Shown: positions 54,919-63,343 of the stretch, in pieces
How positions within the stretch are numbered: position 1 is the stretch's first letter
How the letters are laid out: every line of letters starts with the position of its first letter
Assembly (NCBI GenBank): GCA_017461985.1
Contig: JAFTSA010000006.1
Span: 110 to 64,109, forward strand
DNA length: 64,000 nucleotides
Source of the DNA: Clostridia bacterium
GTDB lineage: Bacteria; Bacillota; Clostridia; Christensenellales; CAG-917
Direction of reading: 5' to 3'
Position numbers and translations under genes: made by a program
The notes under the pieces: generated by a model
The model's database searches: none
Told to the model about the DNA's origin: nothing
The model's input: the letters and a program-made list of their open reading frames with translations, nothing else

Positions 54919-55952
54919 CAGTATCTTCTGTCGTCGCGTCTGTCGTAATCTCTATCATCACGGCGGTCGCGGTAATCTCTGTCGTCACGTCTATCGTAGT
55001 CGCGTTCACGGCGGTCATAGTCACGTCTGTCGTAATCCCTGTCGTCACGACGGTCGTAACCCCTGTCATCACGTCGGTCGTAGTCGCGGTCATAGTCACG
55101 AGGAGCACGGCGGGTGTAATCCCTGTCGCGGTCGTATCTGCGGTCGCGGTCGTAGTCTATGTCGTCATCTCTACGGGTGCGCATTGCGTGGCGGTCGTAG
55201 TTGGTCTTTGCGCTGTTTCTGCCCGGCTTGAAAAGCATGATTGCAATGATGACTGCAGGCACAGCAATGCCGATGATGAGGATTATGCGGAGAAGCGTAG
55301 ACTTGCTTGTGTCAACGCTTTCACCAAGATTTTCATCGGGGGTTTTGTTGAGGAGGCCTTGACGTGCGGTTTCATCGATGATGTGATAGCTCACGTTTTC
55401 GGTGGTGAAATTCTCTCTTGCCACAAGACCGAAAACAACGTTTTCGTTGAAACTTGCTTGCACAAAGAATTTGTCGCCGTTAAGTCCCAAAAGTTTCACT
55501 GTCCAACCAGTCTTTGTGTCAATGGTGTGCGCGCCAATGGTGACGGTGACACCCTCTTTCAAAAGAAGGTTTTGAGGCAGTGCGTTTTCAAGAGTCACTC
55601 CGTCGTATGCTTTGGGGAGTTCTTGAAGGTTTGACACGTCCACTGTTGCGTTGAGGCCTGCAATATCCAAAATATACACGGTCAAGTCACCGCTGACAAC
55701 CAAGGATTTGACGGGGTAGTAATAACTTTCGATGAGGTAAAAGAGCACGTCACCCGTTTCGCCGTCCACAACTGCAACGTTTGACCCACCGGCGTAGGCG
55801 TTGTTTTCAAGGTCGCTGGGGGCAACGTATGCAAAAACTGCGGTGTCAGAAGCCTCTGCAACGCCTGTTTCACCTTGAAATCCCCAGACCAAAAAACTGA
55901 GGGCAAGGACAAGGATGAGTGCTGAAATAGTGAGAAATTTTTTCATATCCAT
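54918..55952 (-). CDS. Bitopic membrane protein with C-terminal Arg/Asp/Tyr-repeat tail
   Basis: 344 aa. N-terminal signal/anchor, ~200-aa extracytoplasmic domain, TM helix (LLRIILIIGIAVPAVIIAIMLF), then a ~100-aa tail of RDYDRR-type repeats. 1-nt overlap with the YfcE gene. Confidence 0.7.
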   Translation of the reverse strand: MDMKKFLTISALILVLALSFLVWGFQGETGVAEASDTAVFAYVAPSDLENNAYAGGSNVAVVDGETGDVLFYLIESYYYPVKSLVVSGDLTVYILDIAGLNATVDVSNLQELPKAYDGVTLENALPQNLLLKEGVTVTIGAHTIDTKTGWTVKLLGLNGDKFFVQASFNENVVFGLVARENFTTENVSYHIIDETARQGLLNKTPDENLGESVDTSKSTLLRIILIIGIAVPAVIIAIMLFKPGRNSAKTNYDRHAMRTRRDDDIDYDRDRRYDRDRDYTRRAPRDYDRDYDRRDDRGYDRRDDRDYDRRDYDRRERDYDRRDDRDYRDRRDDRDYDRRDDRRY

Positions 55953-56019
55953 AATATTTTACTATATATATAAACAAAAATAAAGAGGTTTAGTCCAATT
56001 TTTTGAAATTTTTAAGATT

Positions 56020-56050
56020 AACGGGCAAAGCCCGTTGTTTTTGTTTTTTT
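56020..56050 (+). terminator. Orphan plus-strand terminator-like hairpin at the left edge of the phage block
   Basis: ACGGGC-AAA-GCCCGT followed by a T-rich run. There is no plus-strand gene upstream. Confidence 0.4.
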
Positions 56051-56340
56051 GCGATGGGTCAAAAACAAAAAAAATGAAAGATGAAAAATAGTGGTTGAGA
56101 TAGAACCGAAAAATAGAAAGTGAAGATTGTGGCTCGGAAAAGAAAAAACAAACACGGTCAACACTTTAAAATTCACCAATCAAAAAGACTGAATAGGAGG
56201 CGGAAAACGGCAAAAAAGGCAGGGGTTTTTCATCTCGTCAAAAATTTTTTTTCGGGGATTAACGTAGTTAGATGCTGGGTTTCGAAAAGTTTTTGGCACA
56301 AAATTTGCATTTTGGCATTTTCGTGGTGTATGGTCGAAAT

Positions 56341-57774
56341 ATGGAAAGCGAAATCATCAAAAAAATCCTTCAAATCGAAAGGGAGGAGAGGCTCAGAAAA
56401 AACGACGCCCTCACCCTCTACAATCGTGACAAAATCCATCAAAAACAAATGGCTTTTCACCGCTCAACCAAGCGCAATCGTTGGGTTTTCGGTGGCAACA
56501 GAAGTGGCAAAACCGAGTGCGGTGCAGTGGAAACTGTATGGCTTGCAAGAGGCATACACCCCTTCAAGGAAAACCGCAGTGGTTTGGACGGCTGGGTGGT
56601 CAGTTTGACAAGAGAGGTGCAACGTGACGTGGCGCAGGCAAAGATACTGAAATACCTCTCCCCTCGCTACATTGAAGAAATCGTCATGGTCAGCGGAAAG
56701 AAGGGCGCGCCTGAATACGGCGTAATCGACCATATAGTGGTGCGAAACGCCCTTGGTGGTCTGTCCAAAATAGGTTTCAAGTCCTGTGACCAAGGACGTG
56801 AGAAATTTCAAGGCGCAAGCCTTGATTTTGTTTGGTTTGATGAAGAGCCACCCGAGGATATTTACGCCGAGTGCCGTATGCGTGTCTTTGACAAAAAGGG
56901 TATGATTTTTGGCACTATGACACCTTTGAAAGGTCTCACTTGGGTGTATGACGAAATTGAAATGAACGTGCGAAACAACCCCGAAGTTTGGACCGTCCAC
57001 ATGGAGTGGAAGGACAATCCCTATCTTGATGAAAACGAGATTGAAGCAATGCTTTCAGTAACCTCTGAAAGTGAGCAGGAGAGCAGACGATTTGGCAAAT
57101 TCACGGTGGGTGAAGGTCTTGTCTATCCGGAGTTTAACCCTGACGTCCACGTCATCGAGCCCTTTTCAATACCTCGCAGTTGGCAGAGCAACATATCAAT
57201 CGACCCGGGGCTTAACAACCCCACCAGTTGCCACTTTTATGCAGTGGACTATGACGGCAACATATACGTGGTTGGTGAGCACTACGAAAGGGGAAAATCC
57301 ATTGACCATCACGTGGAAAAGATTATGGCACTTGCAGACAAACTTGGTTGGCATCGTGACAGCAAGGGCAGGCTCAACGCCCTCATAGACAGCGCCGCAA
57401 CTCAACGTACTCTTGCCAGTGAAAAGAGTGTTGCAGAGCTTTTCTATGAAAAGGGAATTTTGGTGAACACCAACGTAAAAAAGGATTTATACAGCGGAAT
57501 ACAGCGTGTAAAGTCCTTGTTGTGTCAAAATCCCCCGAAACTCTATATCTTCAAAACCTGCACGAATATGATAAGTGAATTGAAGTCATATTGGTGGGGA
57601 CATGACGACAGACCCAAGAAGGTGGACGACCACGCAATGGACGACTTACGATATTTTGTTATGAGCCTACCAGACCCTGCAAAGGAGCAGAAACACACCC
57701 CCTCTGTCATTGAGGCGGACAAAGAAAAACTGATAAGATTCAACAGGAGAAATCAATGGATGAAGAACTCGTAA
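56341..57774 (+). CDS. terL: Phage terminase large subunit
   Basis: 477 aa from ATG 56341. Walker A GGNRSGKTE. Walker B LDFVWFDEEP. C-terminal nuclease-like region. Confidence 0.85.
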   Translation: MESEIIKKILQIEREERLRKNDALTLYNRDKIHQKQMAFHRSTKRNRWVFGGNRSGKTECGAVETVWLARGIHPFKENRSGLDGWVVSLTREVQRDVAQAKILKYLSPRYIEEIVMVSGKKGAPEYGVIDHIVVRNALGGLSKIGFKSCDQGREKFQGASLDFVWFDEEPPEDIYAECRMRVFDKKGMIFGTMTPLKGLTWVYDEIEMNVRNNPEVWTVHMEWKDNPYLDENEIEAMLSVTSESEQESRRFGKFTVGEGLVYPEFNPDVHVIEPFSIPRSWQSNISIDPGLNNPTSCHFYAVDYDGNIYVVGEHYERGKSIDHHVEKIMALADKLGWHRDSKGRLNALIDSAATQRTLASEKSVAELFYEKGILVNTNVKKDLYSGIQRVKSLLCQNPPKLYIFKTCTNMISELKSYWWGHDDRPKKVDDHAMDDLRYFVMSLPDPAKEQKHTPSVIEADKEKLIRFNRRNQWMKNS

Positions 57775-58061
57775 AGGCACTTTTAAAAAAGGCAACGGGC
57801 TACAACTACGATGAAATCACCGAGGAATATGTGGTGGACGAGTCGGGGCAAGCGGTGTTGACAAAGAAGAAAGTGACCACCAAATATTATCCCCCTGACT
57901 CGGGGGCACTGAAGACCTATCTTGAACTGGTTGGCGAAAGCGCAGTTGAGGATATGACTGACGAAGAGTTGCAAAAAGAAAAGGCAAGACTTCTTAAACA
58001 ACTTGCAGATATGAACAAAGGAAAAAGGGGGACGAAGAAAAGTGAAAGTGTACAAACTTGA
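57756..58061 (+). CDS. Small phage protein resembling the C-terminal part of some terminase small subunits
   Basis: 101 aa. ATGYNYDEITEE...KKKVTTKYYPPDSGALKTYLEL recalls the A.GY.YEE...PPD..A motif I remember from Firmicute phage TerS proteins. No N-terminal HTH. Confidence 0.35.
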   Translation: MDEELVKALLKKATGYNYDEITEEYVVDESGQAVLTKKKVTTKYYPPDSGALKTYLELVGESAVEDMTDEELQKEKARLLKQLADMNKGKRGTKKSESVQT

Positions 58062-58476
58062 GGGCAAAACTCGGTGCGCAGAATGTGGTGAAAACGCCGA
58101 ACTTTATTTGGACGTGCTTGACACCCCGCTGTGCAAAAAATGCGGAGTGAAACTCTATAAGGAACTGGGCTTTCACTTTGTGCCCCGTGCCGTACCCAAC
58201 GTGATATTGCGCAGTGAAAAACAGGACGCGCCCCTATCTCATCTTCTTTACAAAGACAAGTACGAAAAAGGGGCAGACAAAGGCAAGGTTGAGGACAATC
58301 CAACAAAGGACAATCATCCAACAAAGGACAACTTGACAAATGGCAATCACTCAAAAGACGAAAGAGCAAAAAGCACGTTTCCTCAGCTTGCAAGAAGTAC
58401 AAAAGAACTTTCCACCCCCGAAAGAGTGCGTATGAAGATAAGACGGCACTTACTTAGACAACAAAAACACAGATAA
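58042..58476 (+). CDS. Phage zinc-ribbon protein, function unknown
   Basis: 144 aa with GTG start. CAECG-x17-CKKCG. Low-complexity basic C-terminus. Confidence 0.45.
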   Translation: MKVYKLEGKTRCAECGENAELYLDVLDTPLCKKCGVKLYKELGFHFVPRAVPNVILRSEKQDAPLSHLLYKDKYEKGADKGKVEDNPTKDNHPTKDNLTNGNHSKDERAKSTFPQLARSTKELSTPERVRMKIRRHLLRQQKHR

Positions 58477-58485
58477 GGAGAAAAT

Positions 58486-60351
58486 ATGAAACAAATTGAA
58501 AACGAACTTGTGTCTTCCGTCCTCAAGGACTTCAAGGAAAGACAGGAAGCAAGACGCCCTCTTGAACTGAATTGGCGACTGAATATGAACTTTGTCATCG
58601 GCAATCAGTTTGCAGAGATTTCCCCTCGAGGCGACATCGAGGACAGAGGTAAGCAATATTTTTGGCAATCCCGTGAGGTGTACAACCATATCGCACCCAT
58701 TTTGGAAACAAGGCTGTCAAAACTGGCAAAGGTGAAAGCAAACGCACCCGTGCGCCCTCAAACCAACGACGACGGCGACGTGGCATCGGCAAAACTTGCC
58801 ACAAAACTATTGAAAGCGGTCAGTGAAGAAAACGACTTCACAGGACTTTTGTCAAAGGCAAACACTTGGAGTGAAATCACCGGCTCGGTGTTTTACAAGG
58901 TGGTGTGGGACGGCGACAAGGGCAAAGCCCTTGACCTTGAAAAGACGGTGAAAGAAGGTGACGTCCGCATCAGTGTATGCTCACCCTTTGAAATCTTCCC
59001 CGAAGACCTTGCAGTGGCAGACGTTGACAAGCAACCCTCAATCATGCACGTGAAGGTTATGTCCGTTGAGGACGTAAAGTCTATGTGGGGTGTGGAGGTA
59101 GACGGTGAAGAAATCGGCGTATTTTCCTTTGACAACACCTCGGTGGCAGGGGGCTTTGGTTATAGCGCAACCGTCCCTAGATTTGTCAGTGAAAAGAAGA
59201 GTGACAGCGTGCTGGTCATTGAGAAATATTCAAAGCCTACGGTGGATTACCCCAAGGGCAGACTTGTCATCGTGGCAGGGGACAAACTTGTTTTTGACGG
59301 CGACCTTCCCTTTGTCAACGGCGAAGAAGGCACACGCACCTATCCCTTTGCAAAGCAACACTGCCTTGACGCGCTGGGCAGTTTCTTCGGCTCAAGCGTT
59401 GTAGAGCGCATTATCCCTGTGCAGAGGGCATACAACACCGTGAAAAACCGCAAACACGAGTTTATGAATCGCATTGCAATGGGTGTCCTTGCAGTTGAGG
59501 ACGGCTCAGTTGACACCGACAATCTTGAGGAAGAGGGGCTTTCCCCCGGCAAGGTGCTGATATATCGTCAAGGAAGCACCCCTCCCATTATGATGAACGC
59601 AGGACAAGTGCCTACGGAGTTTAGCCGAGAAGAGGAAAAACTCTTGAACGAATTTGTGATGATAAGCGGTGTCAGTGAGGTGACAACCTATTCACAAGTG
59701 CCCGCCAACGTATCCTCAGGCACGGCAATATCCCTCCTGCTTGAGCAGGACGACACCCGTATATCCTTGACCGCAGACAGTATCCGAGACGCAGTGCGCA
59801 AGATAGGCAAGCACATCATCCGCCTCTACAAGCAATATGCAAAGACAGAGCGCATCAAACGAGTGGCAGGAGAAAACGGTGAGATTGAAATCACTTGCTT
59901 TAAAGCAAGTGACCTCAACAGCGAGGATATCGTCTTTGACACCGTCAACGAAATTGAGGACAATGTGTCAACCCGCAGAGCAATGGTCTACGACCTGTTG
60001 AAACTGGGGCTCTTCACCGATGAAAGAGGGGTTATGTCCAACCGCACAAGGGCAAAGCTCTTTGAAATCCTCGGCTTTGGCAACTGGGAAAACGGCAGAG
60101 ATATTGACGAAGCCCACATCAACAAGGCAGGCAGAGAAAACCTTATCCTTGAAGATGACTTCATCACGCCTGACCCTGTGGACAATCACGCAATCCATAT
60201 TGACGAGCACACTCGTCTTGCTGTGTCGCAAAGATGTCAAAATGACGAAGCCTTCAAGGAAAGAGTACTTCGCCACATAACCGCCCACAAGGAATACAGC
60301 ACCCTTGACAGCGGAATTCAAAACCTTGAAAAACAAATGGGGGAAATATGA
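58486..60351 (+). CDS. Phage portal protein
   Basis: 621 aa. The size, the position after TerL and the N-terminal ELNWRLNMNFVIGNQ pattern fit portal families. Confidence 0.75.
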   Translation: MKQIENELVSSVLKDFKERQEARRPLELNWRLNMNFVIGNQFAEISPRGDIEDRGKQYFWQSREVYNHIAPILETRLSKLAKVKANAPVRPQTNDDGDVASAKLATKLLKAVSEENDFTGLLSKANTWSEITGSVFYKVVWDGDKGKALDLEKTVKEGDVRISVCSPFEIFPEDLAVADVDKQPSIMHVKVMSVEDVKSMWGVEVDGEEIGVFSFDNTSVAGGFGYSATVPRFVSEKKSDSVLVIEKYSKPTVDYPKGRLVIVAGDKLVFDGDLPFVNGEEGTRTYPFAKQHCLDALGSFFGSSVVERIIPVQRAYNTVKNRKHEFMNRIAMGVLAVEDGSVDTDNLEEEGLSPGKVLIYRQGSTPPIMMNAGQVPTEFSREEEKLLNEFVMISGVSEVTTYSQVPANVSSGTAISLLLEQDDTRISLTADSIRDAVRKIGKHIIRLYKQYAKTERIKRVAGENGEIEITCFKASDLNSEDIVFDTVNEIEDNVSTRRAMVYDLLKLGLFTDERGVMSNRTRAKLFEILGFGNWENGRDIDEAHINKAGRENLILEDDFITPDPVDNHAIHIDEHTRLAVSQRCQNDEAFKERVLRHITAHKEYSTLDSGIQNLEKQMGEI

Positions 60352-61100
60352 AAACACTGAAACTGCACGAACTTAAAGACCAGCTTGAAGAAATCTTGGA
60401 CTTTGTAGAGAAGGACGAGGAACAAGTTGAAGAAAATATTGACAAAAACACCGTCTTTTTAGACGGTGTTTCCACACCCGAAAAAGGTGTAGAAACAGTC
60501 ACTGCGGAGACTCAATCCGCAGAGGACGAAACAGAGGGAGAAATCCTCGAAGACAACAAAACAGAAATAGAAGGAGAGGAACAATCCAAGCCTAAAAAGT
60601 TCAAATCCGTTGAGGAGCTTGAAAAGGCCTATGAAAGTCTTGAAAAGGAATTTACAAGACGGTCACAACGCCTTGCCAAACTTGAAAAGGAAATGAAACA
60701 AGACAAGGTGGAAACTGACGCAGAGTGGAAAGCCAAAGTGGACAAATTCTTCACTGAAAATCCCAGCGCAAAACCCTTTGCAAAGCAAATGTCCGATCAA
60801 ATCATCCGTGACAACACCTTGCGCATGAGAAGTGATTGCCTTGAAACCGCTCTGACGAGAGTGCTTCTTGAGGCCTATCGCGCACCCAAAGACCTTGCAA
60901 CTGACGAAGACTTTTTGAAAGAACATATTCTCGGCTCTGACTTTGTCAAGAAAGCCGTGATTGAAGGGTATATGAAGGACCTTCGTGAGGGCAAACCTCC
61001 CGTGCTCATCAGCGCAAGAGGACAAAACACCATTGCCCCAAGAAGTAAGCCTAAGACCATTGAAGAAGCAGGCAAGATGTTCCGCCAAAATAACAGATAA
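60348..61100 (+). CDS. Phage scaffolding protein
   Basis: 250 aa, acidic and coiled-coil rich, located between portal and capsid genes. 4-nt overlap with the portal gene. Confidence 0.6.
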   Translation: MKTLKLHELKDQLEEILDFVEKDEEQVEENIDKNTVFLDGVSTPEKGVETVTAETQSAEDETEGEILEDNKTEIEGEEQSKPKKFKSVEELEKAYESLEKEFTRRSQRLAKLEKEMKQDKVETDAEWKAKVDKFFTENPSAKPFAKQMSDQIIRDNTLRMRSDCLETALTRVLLEAYRAPKDLATDEDFLKEHILGSDFVKKAVIEGYMKDLREGKPPVLISARGQNTIAPRSKPKTIEEAGKMFRQNNR

Positions 61101-61111
61101 AGGAGAAAATT

Positions 61112-62482
61112 ATGGTCACACTTTCAAACGCAAACAATGCCCTGAAAACATATTATCTGGGCGTACTCGCCAACCAACTCAACGTTGGCATCAACCCCTT
61201 CCTTGCAAAGATTGAGCAAACAACCGCAGACGTCTGGGGCAGGGAAATCAAAAAACTCGTGCCTTACGGCCTCAACGGCGGTGTGGGCAGTGGTTCAGAA
61301 ACAAGCAACCTTCCTGCAGTTGGTGGCAACACCTATGCAGAATTCACTTTGTCACTGAAAAACCTCTATGGTCAAATTGAAATCACTGACAAAGCAATCC
61401 GCGCATCACAAAATTCAGTGGGCGCATTTGTCAACCTTCTCAACGCCGAAATGGAAGGACTTCTTGAAGCAAGCAAGTTCAACTTTGGCAGAATGCTCTA
61501 TGGTGACGGCAGTGGTCTTATCACAAAAACAACCGCACAAACCACCGGCAGTGCAATTCCTGTTGCCAGTGTCAAATGCTTGATGGAAGGCATGCGAATT
61601 GACGTCTATTCAGCAAGCAACACAAAGAATAACGATCTTTCAGGTGGCAGAATTGTTGCAATCGACCGCGCAAACAAGGTCATCTATGTTGATTCAAGCA
61701 CCTCAACAACTTTGGGAGCAGGCAGCAAAATCTACATCCAAGGCTCAAAGAACAATGAAATCACCGGTCTTGAAGCACTCTTTACAGCAGAGGACCTCTA
61801 CGGTCTCTACAGAGAGGAATATCCTTTCCTCTCCCCCTATGTCAAAGAGGAACACAACGGAGTCACCGCAAGTGCAATCCAAAGCGCCATCGACGCCATC
61901 GAAGAAAACTCCGGAAGCACCATTGACTTCATCGTGTGCTCATACGACGTGAGAAAGGGCTACGTTGAAAATATGTCATCAACCCGCACCAACGTGGACT
62001 ATATGACCATTGACGGTGGCTACAAGGCAATTTCATACGCAGGCACTCCTATTGTGGCAGACCGCTTTGTTGAAGACGGAGTTATGTACCTCCTCAACAG
62101 CGGAGACTTCAAACTCCATCAACTCTGCGACTGGCGTTGGCTTGAAGGAGAAGGTGGCAGCGTCCTTCACCAAATCGCAGGCAAACCCGCCTACACCGCA
62201 ACCTTGGTCAAGTATGCAGACCTCCTTTGCTCACGTCCTATGGGTCAAGCAAAGATCGTCTTCACCAAGACCACCACACCCAGTTTCTACACCGTGAAGT
62301 TCAACTCTAACGGCGGCACTGCAGTGGCAGATCAAATCGTCCTCCCCGGCGGACAAGCAGTTGAACCTGTCTCACCCACAAAGTCAGGCAAGAGTTTTGA
62401 CGGCTGGTATTTCAACGGCAGTGAATACGACTTCGCCGACGCAGTGACAGGCGATATGGAAATCGTCGCAGAATGGGCATAG
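61112..62482 (+). CDS. Phage major capsid protein with C-terminal Listeria-Bacteroides repeat domain
   Basis: 456 aa. Position after the scaffold gene. HK97-fold-type MCP pattern (YGQIEITDKAIRAS, LYGDGSG). The last 65 aa are FYTVKFNSNGG...GKSFDGWYFNG...DMEIVAEWA. Confidence 0.7.
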   Translation: MVTLSNANNALKTYYLGVLANQLNVGINPFLAKIEQTTADVWGREIKKLVPYGLNGGVGSGSETSNLPAVGGNTYAEFTLSLKNLYGQIEITDKAIRASQNSVGAFVNLLNAEMEGLLEASKFNFGRMLYGDGSGLITKTTAQTTGSAIPVASVKCLMEGMRIDVYSASNTKNNDLSGGRIVAIDRANKVIYVDSSTSTTLGAGSKIYIQGSKNNEITGLEALFTAEDLYGLYREEYPFLSPYVKEEHNGVTASAIQSAIDAIEENSGSTIDFIVCSYDVRKGYVENMSSTRTNVDYMTIDGGYKAISYAGTPIVADRFVEDGVMYLLNSGDFKLHQLCDWRWLEGEGGSVLHQIAGKPAYTATLVKYADLLCSRPMGQAKIVFTKTTTPSFYTVKFNSNGGTAVADQIVLPGGQAVEPVSPTKSGKSFDGWYFNGSEYDFADAVTGDMEIVAEWA

Positions 62483-62483
62483 T

Positions 62484-62789
62484 ATGAAAGGACTTATCCC
62501 CATTGAAAAGGACTTGTTTTCAATCGCGGACAGACTGAAAGAAGTGGATGAGAGATACAGGGTGTACAGAAACACCTTGGCTCACCGCTTCGAGGTCTTC
62601 ATAGGAGAGGCACTACAATTTGTAGTGCCTTTCCAAAAACTGGACTCTCGCACAGTGGAATACGCAAGAAAAACTCGCATTGAACGAGTGGACAAAATCG
62701 TCCAAGAATTGGACAAACAAAACGAACTGCTTGAAAAGAGAAAAAATCGCAAAATCATTGAGGACGCTCTGGCACAAGCAGGCTTTTAG
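62484..62789 (+). CDS. Phage structural-module protein, unknown function
   Basis: 101-aa ORF, tightly packed after the MCP gene. Confidence 0.45.
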   Translation: MKGLIPIEKDLFSIADRLKEVDERYRVYRNTLAHRFEVFIGEALQFVVPFQKLDSRTVEYARKTRIERVDKIVQELDKQNELLEKRKNRKIIEDALAQAGF

Positions 62790-62797
62790 GAGAAAAT

Positions 62798-63343
62798 ATG
62801 GAAATCAAAAAAATAATCAAAATTTGTCTTGTCAAAATGGGTGAAAAGGACTTTCTTGACAACCCCACTCTCACCGACGTGCAACAGGAAATCAAGGATA
62901 AATTGCTGTCAGCCTTCAACGTGGCGTACAGCGAGGCGGTCACTGACCTTATGCCCCTCATCACCAAGGAAAAGGTCAATGTGGTAGGGGGAGAAGTGGA
63001 CTGCACGGCTCTTACAAAACAAATGGTGCACCCCGTCCGTCTTGAAGATGCAAGAGGGGTGAAACATCGCTATCACGTTATGCCCACTTTTATCACCACC
63101 GACTTTGACGGAGAGGGCGTTTTGACCTACGCCTACGCCCCTGATGAATATCAGTTTGGTGACACCTTTGAGGACCTTCGTTTCACCGCAGAAACTTTGG
63201 CAGAAGGCACTCTTGCAGTCTACTATTTTGCTTCCCGTGCATTTGACCTTGCCTCAGTCCACGACGACAACTTCCGCACCGCTGTGAAAAAGCAAAAGTA
63301 CAAGGGCAGAGAAATTGTCTTGAAGGAAAGGAGGTGGGGCTGA
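62798..63343 (+). CDS. Phage structural-module protein (possible head completion/adaptor)
   Basis: 181-aa ORF with GGAG RBS. Assigned by position only. Confidence 0.4.
   Translation: MEIKKIIKICLVKMGEKDFLDNPTLTDVQQEIKDKLLSAFNVAYSEAVTDLMPLITKEKVNVVGGEVDCTALTKQMVHPVRLEDARGVKHRYHVMPTFITTDFDGEGVLTYAYAPDEYQFGDTFEDLRFTAETLAEGTLAVYYFASRAFDLASVHDDNFRTAVKKQKYKGREIVLKERRWG

Noticed and set aside
54921-55229. Tandem DNA repeats considered as a CRISPR array or non-coding satellite.
   Set aside because: The repeats are short and degenerate with no unique spacers. They lie in frame inside a long ORF, encoding an RDY-repeat tail contiguous with a TM helix.
56120-56608. 162-aa ORF upstream of and overlapping terL, considered as a possible small terminase.
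   Set aside because: It has a GTG start without an RBS and an extremely basic low-complexity N-terminus derived from A-rich spacer DNA. It then runs out of frame across the conserved terminase N-terminus, including the Walker A region.
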